DNA of 64,000 nucleotides from a bacterium (GTDB lineage: Bacteria > Patescibacteriota > Patescibacteriia > UBA1558 > UBA10009), in NCBI GenBank assembly GCA_018672055.1, contig JABHGM010000001.1, positions 353,404 to 417,403 of the forward strand. Direction: 5' to 3'. Shown here piece after piece: positions 1-10,435 of this stretch. The translations under genes and the position numbers were made by a program. Numbering within the stretch: position 1 is the first letter of the stretch; every line of letters begins with the position of its first letter. A model generated the notes under the pieces. That model searched no databases, was not told the origin of the DNA, and was given only the letters and a program-made list of their open reading frames with translations.

Positions 1-231
1 TTAAAATCAGGTATTATTATTCCTGATACTATTGAAGGTGAAAAACCTGAAGAAGGTGAAGTTTTGGCTGTTGGCCCTGGTAAAATGCTTGATAATGGTA
101 ATCGTGGACCAATGGATGTTAAAGTTGGTGACAAGGTATTGTTTAAAAGTTTTAAGGCTGATGAATTTAAGATTGATGGTGAAGAAGTTTTAATAATTTC
201 TCAATCAGATATTAGTTCTATTATTAACTAA
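1..231 (+). CDS. groES: Co-chaperonin GroES, 3' part (5' end lies outside the window)
   Basis: Frame 1 reads LKSGIIIPDTIEGEKPEEGEVLAVGPG...VKVGDKVLFK...SSIIN* and lies directly upstream of groEL. Confidence 0.95.
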   Translation, partial: LKSGIIIPDTIEGEKPEEGEVLAVGPGKMLDNGNRGPMDVKVGDKVLFKSFKADEFKIDGEEVLIISQSDISSIIN

Positions 232-237
232 ATATAA

Positions 238-1875
<1,638 letters not shown>

Positions 1876-1896
1876 TAGATATTAAATTTGAAATAA

Positions 1897-1927
1897 AAAA
1901 AGCTCAGAGATTATCTCTGAGCTTTTT
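1897..1927. terminator. Bidirectional intrinsic terminator between groEL and the convergent DUF5667-type gene
   Basis: aaaaagctcagaga-tta-tctctgagcttttt perfect hairpin with A and T tails. Confidence 0.85.
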
Positions 1928-1937
1928 GATATTTAAA

Positions 1938-3146
1938 TTAGAATTGAATATTATTTAATTCACTTGGCTTTTCATCGCCCATGCCTGGGTTACTATTTAT
2001 TAAATCTAGAGCTCCACTAGTATCACCCTTTTTAATAAGATCTAGGACTTCATCTTTAAAAGCTTGTTGTTCTGGAGTTATGTCAGCACTATTTGCTTTC
2101 TGTCTTGGCTTATCAATATCTTCTACATTACCTGTTTCAATAACGGGGTCACTTTTAATTATTACTTCATCAGAAGTAAAAGTATTAGTTTTTGTTGGTT
2201 TTATACTCTCTGTATAGGCATGAGTTGGTATTTTATCTACATTATTTGACCAAGTATTTAATTCTTTTTCTAGGATTGGTAGTATAGTTTCTACTTCATT
2301 AATTATTCGTTCTTTGAAAATTATTATTTTTTCTTCAGCGTCTTCTTTTAAATTAATTTTATTTGGTTCAATTATTATTGTTTTGGCTGGTAGTTCTTTA
2401 ACTTCATTTTCCCAGACTTGTATTCTATCGTTGGCAATTTCTTCAAGAGCAGGTAATAGACTTGAAGTATCTTTAGCTTTATCTAATATAGCTTTAACAA
2501 ATTCAGATTGAGTATCTTTTATATCAGAAGCTGCATCTCTATACAGATTAACTTCCTGGTAATTTGTTTTTTCAGATAGTTCTTTAATACTTTTTCTACT
2601 ATCTGTTAATTCTCTATCATATCTATTAATAGGGACCAATGTGGTTTCAACATCATTCATCCTTTTAATATATTTAATACCTAAGTTTATTTTATCTTCA
2701 TAGTTTTCTAAAGCCCTATTTAATATTTTTGGATCTTTTAATAATTCAGGTTTAGTTCTTTTTAATTCATCTATTCTTTTCTGAGCATGTTTAAAAGCTA
2801 CTTCAGCTTTTTTTACTTTATCAAAAGTAAATACTTGCTCTACTCTTTCTGTAAGTAGTTTAACTGGGTAAAGAGTATCATTAGGTAAGCTATCTTGTGA
2901 AGCATAAGCTGTACCAGTAGAAAGAAGTAAGGCAATAATAATAAGAAAGGCGGGAACTGCTTTTAAACTAAAAATTTGCATACCAAATGAAGCATGCTTA
3001 GTTTTACTAATTTCTTTCTTTACTTTTACTAACGGATCATTATATATAGTTTTTAAAAGCTGTTCTTTGTTAGAAGCTAAAAAATTATGATCTACTGGTA
3101 GATTTTTTAAACTTTTTAGTTCTTTTTCTAGTTTGTTAGTTTTCAT
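1938..3146 (-). CDS. Single-pass membrane protein with DUF5667-like domain; probable anti-sigma factor
   Basis: Cytoplasmic N-terminus, TM helix, then AYASQDSLPNDTLYPVKLLTERV...AQKRIDEL motif; overlaps the stop of the ECF sigma gene. Confidence 0.7.
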   Translation of the reverse strand: MKTNKLEKELKSLKNLPVDHNFLASNKEQLLKTIYNDPLVKVKKEISKTKHASFGMQIFSLKAVPAFLIIIALLLSTGTAYASQDSLPNDTLYPVKLLTERVEQVFTFDKVKKAEVAFKHAQKRIDELKRTKPELLKDPKILNRALENYEDKINLGIKYIKRMNDVETTLVPINRYDRELTDSRKSIKELSEKTNYQEVNLYRDAASDIKDTQSEFVKAILDKAKDTSSLLPALEEIANDRIQVWENEVKELPAKTIIIEPNKINLKEDAEEKIIIFKERIINEVETILPILEKELNTWSNNVDKIPTHAYTESIKPTKTNTFTSDEVIIKSDPVIETGNVEDIDKPRQKANSADITPEQQAFKDEVLDLIKKGDTSGALDLINSNPGMGDEKPSELNNIQF

Positions 3147-3684
3147 ATATTATTTTTAGTCTTTTAACTGCTCTATGTAATTTGACGTATAAAGCATCAG
3201 GAGTCTTACCGGTTATTTTAGATATCTCTTTAAAATCCATATCATCTACGTATCTATACATCAATATTTCTTTGTCATCATGGTTTAATTCATCTATTTT
3301 ACTAAGCAACTCCTTTTTACTTATATCTCTATCAATCATTTCATTTATAATATCTTTGCCTTGCTTTGTATCTGGCATTCTAGCCATTAACTCATCATCA
3401 TGTATTTCTTTCTTTTTCCTATAATGATCTACTAATAGGTTATGAGCTATTCTGTAAATAAAGCTAGCAAAGTGATCTATATTATTATCACGTCTTAAAT
3501 AGTCCCAAGCTTTTAAAAATGTTTGACTCGTTAGATCTTCAGTTAGTTCTTGTGAGCTAGTTCTAAAATAAAAATACTTATATATTTTCTCACTATACAT
3601 ATCATAAGCTTCGGAAAAGGCATCTGGATCTAAGCTATTTATTTTAGCTAATAAACTAGGCTTAATCTTAAGGGTTTTAGTCAT
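3136..3684 (-). CDS. ECF-family RNA polymerase sigma-70 factor
   Basis: 182 aa; region 2 (EDLTSQTFLKAW, FASFIYRIAHNLLVDHYRK) and region 4 HTH (DFKEISKITGKTPDALYVKLHRA). Confidence 0.93.
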   Translation of the reverse strand: MTKTLKIKPSLLAKINSLDPDAFSEAYDMYSEKIYKYFYFRTSSQELTEDLTSQTFLKAWDYLRRDNNIDHFASFIYRIAHNLLVDHYRKKKEIHDDELMARMPDTKQGKDIINEMIDRDISKKELLSKIDELNHDDKEILMYRYVDDMDFKEISKITGKTPDALYVKLHRAVKRLKIIYEN

Positions 3685-3695
3685 AATTTAATATA

Positions 3696-3723
3696 TTGAC
3701 GTATTATCTTATATAATCTTTCA
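3696..3723 (-). promoter_or_regulatory. Putative autoregulatory ECF promoter TGAAAG-N16-CGTCAA
   Basis: Lies 12 nt upstream of the ECF ATG; resembles SigW-type TGAAAC-N16-CGTA; the same motif recurs at 7013 and 53548. Confidence 0.65.
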
Positions 3724-3731
3724 TTTATAAC

Positions 3732-3760
3732 TTGACAAAATTAATTATATATGATATTAT
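3732..3760 (+). promoter_or_regulatory. Sigma70 promoter for the 1017-aa secreted protein
   Basis: TTGACA-N17-TATTAT with extended -10 TG. Confidence 0.65.
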
Positions 3761-3895
3761 GATTATATACAATAATAAAAATAGGGTCAGGACTGCATAT
3801 AGATGCAGTTTTTTTACATTTATATCCAATAAAAAGACATAAAATATTAAAATATATAATATAAAAGGGGAATTAAAAATTAACTAGAAATAAAC

Positions 3896-6800
3896 ATGAA
3901 AAAGATTAAACTATATGGATTAGTAGGTGCTTTTATAATTAGTCAAGTTTTAGTTCCATCTATGCAATTACAAGCTTTAGATGATAAAACTACTACAAAA
4001 ACTAATGAAATTGTTGAAGAAACTAAGGTAGAGACTAAAACAGATACAGTTACTAAAGAAATAGTATCTTCAGTTGATTCAACAGTTGATACCAAAGAGG
4101 TTATTGTTGAAGAAACTAAAATAATAGTTGAAGAAGTAGTTACCAATGAGGTTATTGTTGAAGAAACTGAAACTGAAATAATAGTTCAAGAGACTGAAAC
4201 TGAAATAATAGTTGAAGAAGTTGTTACTAATAATGAATCAGATGATGATAATGAAGTTATTGTAGAAGAAGTTGAAGTTGAAATAATAGTTCCAGAGGTA
4301 GTTAATAATGAAGAATCAGATGATGATAATTATGAAGTCGAAGAGAGTTTTGAATCAGATGAAAAGGATTATACAGAATTAGAAAGAGTTTATTTCACAT
4401 TGTTAGAAAAATATAATGCATTAATTGAATTTAAAGATAGTCTAAACAATAAGATAGAAGGTTTAGAAAATAAATTAACCCTAGATAGTGAAAGAGTGGA
4501 TGACGAAAAAACACCTCAGATTATTAATGAGGATTTAACTAATCAGTTAAGAGGTAGAATACTTATAAAATCAGAAGATAGAGGTCAAGCATATTATGTT
4601 AATCCAGGTGATGGTAAGAAATATTTCATGGGTGATGGTAACTCAGCATATTCTATTCTACGTAATTTCAGTTTAGGGATAAATAATAGTGACATTAGTA
4701 GAATACCAATTGGTATTGATGATAGAATAAATTATATTGATACAGATAATGATAATTTGCCTGATATTTTAGAAGAAGCTTTAGGTTCAGATAAATATAA
4801 TCAAGATACTGATGGTGATGGTTACCTTGACGGACAAGAAGTAAGGAATGGATACAATTTATTTAATGATAGTTCAATTAAATTACCTGTAGATAATACC
4901 TTAATTGATAGATTAAGAGGAAGATTTTTAATTCAGACTGAGCAGAGTGGACAGTCTTGGTATATTAATCCTGATGATGGTCATAGATATTATGTACCTG
5001 ATGGAGATTCAGCTTTCGATTTACTAAGACTACAATCATTGGGTGTAGAAAATGCAGACCTTGATCAAATAGAAGACGGGGAATTAATTGAAGAAGAAAA
5101 TACTGAATTTATTACTAGTGTTGATTATGATTATCCAATTGATGAGTTAATTGCTCAGTTGCCTAGTACAAGAAATTCTTCTATAGGTAATAATCAGTCA
5201 GTATCACAAGTTGGTGATGAAGAAACTGAAGACGAAATTAATATTAGTGCTATTTGGGATGTTTCTCCAGATCAAATTAATCAAGAAATAGGTGAATCAA
5301 TTGTTCCAATGCAACTTATTATTTATTCTAATATAAGTAGAGTTACAAATAATTGGACTTTCTATTATCAAGGCGAAATAGGTGATGCACCAATTGCAGG
5401 TTCTCTAACTGGAGCAGATGGGCAAGTATTGACTCCTACAGCACTAGCTTTTGAACAAGTAGGGGAAGATCTGTACAGCTTTACCTTTTTTAATATGCCA
5501 ACAGCATTAATGATAGTCCCAAATGTAGCTAATGTCTTAAATTTAAATATAATTACCAGTACTCTACATACTTTAAATGGTCAGTTTTATATGACTCCTG
5601 AAGATATTGAATTTAACCCTGAAAATGAGCTTTTTTGGTCAGAAGACCCAATTTATGGCTCAGAAGTAAATATCACTGAACCATCTAATCAAGAACCTGG
5701 TGAGCTTTTTGTTACTGTGGAAGATAATCCTGCTATTGCTAATATAATTGCTGGTACTTCTGATGTACCTATGCTTAACCTTAAGTTTCAAGCAGTAAAT
5801 GAGTCATTTAATATAAATAATTTAACTGTTAGCATGATACATTCTACTCGATCAGTTGATTCAGTTACTATTTCTTATTTAAATGAAACTGGTGAAACTA
5901 TTACTGCTAATCAAGTAGAAATTTCAGGTGCTGCTAACTTCAATATCACATCAAATCCATTTTATGTTCCAGCTAATACATACAGAATAATGAATGTATA
6001 TTTTAGTGTTCCAGCAATTAATCAAACATATGCAGCATATACTGGTGATATAATTCAAGCTGAGTATAGTACTTATGATAATTTTGAGGCTATAGGGGTT
6101 GAATATGATACTCAGTTAACACAGCTAAGCAATCATCCTCTAAAATTATATAGTAATATCATGACTGTTCATGGAACAGTACCTACATTTATAGTTGATA
6201 GTACCACTAATACAAGTTTAGTTAATGGTCCTGCTGAGTTATATCGTTGGGAAGTAAGCGCTCCTGAAGGTGGTACTGATTTAAGCTTAAAGAAATTATC
6301 ATTTAAGTTAAGCATGAATGATTCAGTTCAAAATACATCTACTTTGAGTCTTTCAAACTTCAGAGTTTATGAAGGTACAAGCTATGCATCTGCAACTCTT
6401 TTAACACAAGGTGATAGTGGAACTGACAGCTATCAAGTATATAATGGTTGGGGTGCTACAACTACAATAGCTGGTAATGAATTTGGTGGTAAGTTAAGTG
6501 CACCAACAGGCGTGCTTTATCAAAACAGCCAAGGACTTACACCGTCTACTACTCATGATGTAATTATTGTCTTTAATGATGACAGATTAATTAGTGCTGG
6601 TTCTAGTAGGTATTACATCTTAAAGGCTACTGCAGGTAATGTTAACACGGGCGTACTTAGTAATGACTATATAGGTATGTATATTTATGATGGTGATACA
6701 GCTACAACTCATAGAATGACACTAGAACCAACTTGTGATGCTGATGGTACCAGCGGTACAGATAGTAAATATTGTTTAAGTAGTGATGGTAATAATGATG

Positions 6801-6949
6801 ATGTTGGTGCTTATATGATCTGGTCAGATAATACAGGTACAAATGGTAATAATACTCATACTGATGTTAATCTTTATGGTTTAAGTTCAGCTGATTGGTT
6901 TAATGGTTATAAGATTAATACATTAGATGTGATTAGACTTCTAAATTAA
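3896..6949 (+). CDS. Large acidic secreted surface protein (S-layer/adhesin-like)
   Basis: Signal peptide, EVIVEE repeats, coiled coil, two LRGR-x-LI...G-x-YYxNPxDG modules flanking DxDxDG Ca-binding repeats, Ig-like beta-rich C-terminal half ending WSD...H...DWFNGY. Confidence 0.7.
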   Translation: MKKIKLYGLVGAFIISQVLVPSMQLQALDDKTTTKTNEIVEETKVETKTDTVTKEIVSSVDSTVDTKEVIVEETKIIVEEVVTNEVIVEETETEIIVQETETEIIVEEVVTNNESDDDNEVIVEEVEVEIIVPEVVNNEESDDDNYEVEESFESDEKDYTELERVYFTLLEKYNALIEFKDSLNNKIEGLENKLTLDSERVDDEKTPQIINEDLTNQLRGRILIKSEDRGQAYYVNPGDGKKYFMGDGNSAYSILRNFSLGINNSDISRIPIGIDDRINYIDTDNDNLPDILEEALGSDKYNQDTDGDGYLDGQEVRNGYNLFNDSSIKLPVDNTLIDRLRGRFLIQTEQSGQSWYINPDDGHRYYVPDGDSAFDLLRLQSLGVENADLDQIEDGELIEEENTEFITSVDYDYPIDELIAQLPSTRNSSIGNNQSVSQVGDEETEDEINISAIWDVSPDQINQEIGESIVPMQLIIYSNISRVTNNWTFYYQGEIGDAPIAGSLTGADGQVLTPTALAFEQVGEDLYSFTFFNMPTALMIVPNVANVLNLNIITSTLHTLNGQFYMTPEDIEFNPENELFWSEDPIYGSEVNITEPSNQEPGELFVTVEDNPAIANIIAGTSDVPMLNLKFQAVNESFNINNLTVSMIHSTRSVDSVTISYLNETGETITANQVEISGAANFNITSNPFYVPANTYRIMNVYFSVPAINQTYAAYTGDIIQAEYSTYDNFEAIGVEYDTQLTQLSNHPLKLYSNIMTVHGTVPTFIVDSTTNTSLVNGPAELYRWEVSAPEGGTDLSLKKLSFKLSMNDSVQNTSTLSLSNFRVYEGTSYASATLLTQGDSGTDSYQVYNGWGATTTIAGNEFGGKLSAPTGVLYQNSQGLTPSTTHDVIIVFNDDRLISAGSSRYYILKATAGNVNTGVLSNDYIGMYIYDGDTATTHRMTLEPTCDADGTSGTDSKYCLSSDGNNDDVGAYMIWSDNTGTNGNNTHTDVNLYGLSSADWFNGYKINTLDVIRLLN
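4097..4330 (+). repeat. Imperfect intragenic tandem repeats (gaggttattgttgaagaaact, gaaactgaaataatagtt, aatgaatcagatgatgataat)
   Basis: Visible at the DNA level; encodes EVIVEETETEIIVEEVVTNNESDDDN units. Confidence 0.8.
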
Positions 6950-6967
6950 AATTATATATAGAATATA

Positions 6968-6999
6968 AAAAAACCCTATACAAGAGTATGGGGTTTTTT
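6968..6999 (+). terminator. Intrinsic terminator
   Basis: aaaaaaccctatac-aaga-gtatggggtttttt. Confidence 0.75.
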
Positions 7000-7012
7000 A
7001 TTTAAATTAGAG

Positions 7013-7040
7013 TGTAAGGATATGGTTTTCGCTACGTCTT
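7013..7040 (+). promoter_or_regulatory. Putative ECF promoter TGTAAG-N16-CGTCTT
   Basis: Same architecture and spacer as the site upstream of the ECF gene; sits between a terminator and the ATG at 7088. Confidence 0.6.
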
Positions 7041-7087
7041 TTAGGGCATAGGAGATGAAAAAATTTAAATAATTAATCTATAAAAGT

Positions 7088-8266
7088 ATGAAAAAAGTAA
7101 GTCTAATTATACTAACCTTAGCCATTTTAATGGGTTCAGGAGTTAGTAATATAGCTTTAGCTCAAATAAGTGAGCACGATGTAAATGGTCATATTGTTGA
7201 TCAAAATGACATCCTTTATATGACTGAACAAATAAAGCATAATCGTTTAAGTAATGATTATGACTATAATAATGATGGTTCAGTTGATGATAATGATGTT
7301 TCTGATTTAAAATATGATATCTTTTTCCTTGATGCAATGCTTGGAGAAAAAAATAGAGTTTTAGATCAAGAAGATGTTGAAGGTTATAGTAAATTAATTC
7401 TTCAATTTGATCCTGAACTTTTAAGTCAAATACTTGGTGGTTCTAAATTTGATTTAAATCAAGATAATGAAATTAATGTTTCTGATATTGTAGCTTTAGT
7501 AAACATTACTATTAAGTATGACTTAGTAGATGGATACGAAGCAAATAAAAGTTATATTAAAGTTCGTTTCTCTGGTGATAATAAAGTATTAAAAGTTGGT
7601 GAAAGTTATAAGATTTCATGGAAAGCAAGTAAGGATTTACAAGATTCAATGCTAGCTCTTGATGTTATCTATTTAACTACAAATGCGGTTATTAATATTG
7701 ATACAATTCATTCAAATGGTTCCCCATATAATTTAAGTGACAGAGGTTTTCTTTGGACTGTTCCTGAATATTTTAATGAATTACCTGAAGGTAAGTTTAA
7801 AATAAGAGTTAGTACTAATCCTAACCGAGAAAATGGACCAGCTTTTGGAGAAAGTAAACCATTTGCTATTTCTCACTTAAGTGATTCAGAAGTTTCTGAA
7901 GTAAGTTACTCAGATCTATCAATTAAAAGTGTTAGATCAAAATCAGTTTATAAATTAGGTGATAGTGTATACTTTAGAGTATTAGTTACTAATACTGGTG
8001 ATCAAGATATAAATAGTTTTAGATTAAAAGCTGTTAAAAGTAATTCAAATGATGAACACTTCTTAACTAGAACTATTAATAAGAATATACCTGCTGGTAA
8101 ATCAAGATGGGTTACCTTTGGTAGTTCTTTGTTAGATCCTAATGGTAATCAACATAATATTACTGGGATTTATAATCTATTAATTACTATTGATCCATTT
8201 AATGAGATTCAAGAATCAAATGAAGATAATAATTATTTCAAACATACTATAAAAGTTATAAAGTAA
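7088..8266 (+). CDS. Secreted protein with dockerin/EF-hand-like Ca-binding loops and C-terminal CARDB-like Ig domain
   Basis: Signal peptide ending ALA; DYNNDGSVDDND and DLNQDNEINVSD loops; DLSI...VTNTG...IDPFNEIQESNEDNN CARDB signature. Confidence 0.75.
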   Translation: MKKVSLIILTLAILMGSGVSNIALAQISEHDVNGHIVDQNDILYMTEQIKHNRLSNDYDYNNDGSVDDNDVSDLKYDIFFLDAMLGEKNRVLDQEDVEGYSKLILQFDPELLSQILGGSKFDLNQDNEINVSDIVALVNITIKYDLVDGYEANKSYIKVRFSGDNKVLKVGESYKISWKASKDLQDSMLALDVIYLTTNAVINIDTIHSNGSPYNLSDRGFLWTVPEYFNELPEGKFKIRVSTNPNRENGPAFGESKPFAISHLSDSEVSEVSYSDLSIKSVRSKSVYKLGDSVYFRVLVTNTGDQDINSFRLKAVKSNSNDEHFLTRTINKNIPAGKSRWVTFGSSLLDPNGNQHNITGIYNLLITIDPFNEIQESNEDNNYFKHTIKVIK

Positions 8267-8303
8267 ATAAAATATTAAAATAAATCGTTTACCTTAAACG
8301 AAT

Positions 8304-8332
8304 AAAAAGTCGAGTTTAACACTCGACTTTTT
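8304..8332 (+). terminator. Intrinsic terminator
   Basis: aaaaagtcgagt-ttaac-actcgacttttt. Confidence 0.8.
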
Positions 8333-8359
8333 AGTCATTTTTTTCTATACTTATAGTAT

Positions 8360-8905
8360 ATGACTGAGCATAAAAGAGATATAAAATATAGCCTAGACAA
8401 TGGAGAGCCTTGGCATAAAAATGATGAAGCCGAGGATAGTATGTTATATGAGAGTTCAAGTAGTGCAGTTGATAGTAAAAAGGCTAAAGACATAGAAACA
8501 GCAGGTGAATTTTTATATGGCAAAAGTTTAAAATGGTATAAATCTGTTTTAATCTGGCCTATGTTTATTCTGTTATTTATAGAAATAAGTATCAGGGTGT
8601 TAGAAGCTAAGTTTTTCATACTTTGGTCTGATAATTTATTCTTTTGGCTTATTGAACTAGTTAGAGTTATTATCTTTATTTACTTATCAATTACAGTACT
8701 TAAACAGTATAAGCTAGAAAAATCCCAATTATTCACTACTGTTATATTAGGCGGAGCTATTACCGGATTTTTATTAGCTATATTTCAGTTATTTTGGTAT
8801 TTTAAATTATGGACGTTCTTTAGTTTAATTGGTCTTCCTTTACAACTAGCCTTTGAAGGATTAATAATAAGTTATTTAATATATTTAATTAATCAAAATA
8901 AATAA
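8360..8905 (+). CDS. Hypothetical membrane protein (about 4 TM helices)
   Basis: ORF with hydrophobic helices; operonic with the next two genes. Confidence 0.7.
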   Translation: MTEHKRDIKYSLDNGEPWHKNDEAEDSMLYESSSSAVDSKKAKDIETAGEFLYGKSLKWYKSVLIWPMFILLFIEISIRVLEAKFFILWSDNLFFWLIELVRVIIFIYLSITVLKQYKLEKSQLFTTVILGGAITGFLLAIFQLFWYFKLWTFFSLIGLPLQLAFEGLIISYLIYLINQNK

Positions 8906-8910
8906 AAAAT

Positions 8911-9225
8911 ATGAATGCAACAACATCTAATAATGATATTGAGGACAATAGAGTCATTGCTTCTTTTAGTTATGTTTGGATTCTATGCTTAGTTCCATTA
9001 TTTTTAAAACGTAAATCAAAGTTTGCACAATTTCATGCTAAACAAGGTTTATTACTTTTTGTTATTGAACTTTTTGGCTGGTTAATCTTTTGGATTCCAT
9101 TAATTGGTTGGGTACTCGGAATTATAATTTTAGTATTTGCTATTTTGGGAATTATGAATGCCTTACAAGGGGTTTATTGGGAAATGCCAATACTTGGCAA
9201 ATATGCCAAAAAATTAAATATATAA
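8911..9225 (+). CDS. Small membrane protein, DUF4870/Tic20-like
   Basis: SYVWILCLVPL...FAQFHAKQGLLLF...ALQG..WEMPILG motif. Confidence 0.75.
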   Translation: MNATTSNNDIEDNRVIASFSYVWILCLVPLFLKRKSKFAQFHAKQGLLLFVIELFGWLIFWIPLIGWVLGIIILVFAILGIMNALQGVYWEMPILGKYAKKLNI

Positions 9226-9228
9226 GTT

Positions 9229-9942
9229 ATGCTTGAAATCAGTCATCGAGGTGCTGGAGGTCTTGGTCCGGAGAATACTCTCCGGTCTTTTAAGATCGCT
9301 TTAAAATATGATATTGATATGATTGAAACAGATCTATGGCTTTCTAAGGATAATAAACTAGTTATAAATCATGATTCTGATTTAAAAAGAATATATAAAG
9401 TAAATAAGAAGATTAAAGATTTAACGCTTGATGAAATAAAGAGTATTAATAGTGATATTCCTTCTTTAGAAGAAGTATTTGCTTTAGTGGATAGTAAAGT
9501 GCAACTTAATTTAGAAATTAAAACACCAGAAGTTGTTAAATATTTAATCAAGGAAATAAAAGATAGTGATTATCCGGTTGATAAGTTATTAATTAGTTCA
9601 AATTATTTAAATGTTCTAAATATTGTTAAACAAGAAATACCAAGCATTCGAATAGCTTGGATATTTCATTCAATAGGTTCTAGTGTAGGACAATTTTTTT
9701 GGTCGTTAATGGTAGTTAAAGTTTTATTTTTAGTACAAAATCATGTAGTTAAAAAAATACAAGATAATAATATTAAAATATTAGTGCTACATAAGGTTTT
9801 AGCAACTAAAAGATTTATAGATAAATTGCATAAGTTAAAGATTAAAGTTTTAATTTGGACAGTTGATGGTAAAGAGCAGATTATTAAGTATAGAAATAAA
9901 GGAGTTGATGGTATAATTTCAAATTATCCAAATAAATTTTAG
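9229..9942 (+). CDS. Glycerophosphodiester phosphodiesterase
   Basis: SHRGAGG..PENT, IETD, HD, LEIK, WTVD, GVDGIISNYP. Confidence 0.92.
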   Translation: MLEISHRGAGGLGPENTLRSFKIALKYDIDMIETDLWLSKDNKLVINHDSDLKRIYKVNKKIKDLTLDEIKSINSDIPSLEEVFALVDSKVQLNLEIKTPEVVKYLIKEIKDSDYPVDKLLISSNYLNVLNIVKQEIPSIRIAWIFHSIGSSVGQFFWSLMVVKVLFLVQNHVVKKIQDNNIKILVLHKVLATKRFIDKLHKLKIKVLIWTVDGKEQIIKYRNKGVDGIISNYPNKF

Positions 9943-9991
9943 TATTGACATTATTGGAAATTTAGGCTAGTATGGTAAAAGTTTTATATTA

Positions 9992-10066
9992 GGCGGCGTA
10001 GCTCAGTGGTAGAGCAGCAGACTCATAAGCTGTTGGTCGGGGGTTCAAATCCCTCCGCCGCTACCA
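9992..10066 (+). tRNA. tRNA-Met (CAT), probably elongator
   Basis: Cloverleaf GGCGGCG...CTCATAA...TTCAAAT...CGCCGCT-A-CCA; Ile2 cannot be fully excluded. Confidence 0.9.
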
Positions 10067-10071
10067 ATTTA

Positions 10072-10156
10072 GCCAGAGTGGTGAAACTGGTATACACGCA
10101 CGACTCAAAATCGTGTGCCGCAAGGCATGTGGGTTCGACTCCCACCTCTGGCACCA
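10072..10156 (+). tRNA. tRNA-Leu (CAA)
   Basis: Anticodon loop CTCAAAA, long variable arm, encoded CCA. Confidence 0.95.
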
Positions 10157-10170
10157 CTCATGTGATACAC

Positions 10171-10246
10171 CCGCGCATAGCTCAGTTGGTAGAGCAGTTG
10201 CCTCTTAAGCAAACGGTCGGGGGTTCAAATCCCTCTGCGCGGACCA
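10171..10246 (+). tRNA. tRNA-Lys (CTT)
   Basis: Acceptor stem CCGCGCA/TGCGCGG, loop CTCTTAA, encoded CCA. Confidence 0.93.
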
Positions 10247-10292
10247 TTGACAAAATTACTAATATACGATAGCTTATAAACATCATATTTGA

Positions 10293-10368
10293 CGCGGGGT
10301 AGAGCAGTTGGCAGCTCGGCAGGCCCATAACCTGCAGGTCGCCGGTTCGAGTCCGGCCCCCGCAACCA
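10293..10368 (+). tRNA. Initiator tRNA-fMet (CAT)
   Basis: CGCGGGG start, C1-A72 mismatch, A11-U24 pair, loop CCCATAA. Confidence 0.92.
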
Positions 10369-10435
10369 AATTCCATTGAAAGATGGATTTTTTTGATTGA
10401 AAAATTAGTGAATTTACAGTATAATTAAGTAAATT

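Noticed and set aside
10006-10376. ORFs 10006-10272 (+) and 10182-10376 (-)
   Set aside because: They overlap the tRNA cluster; translations such as GGSNPS are tRNA T-arm artefacts
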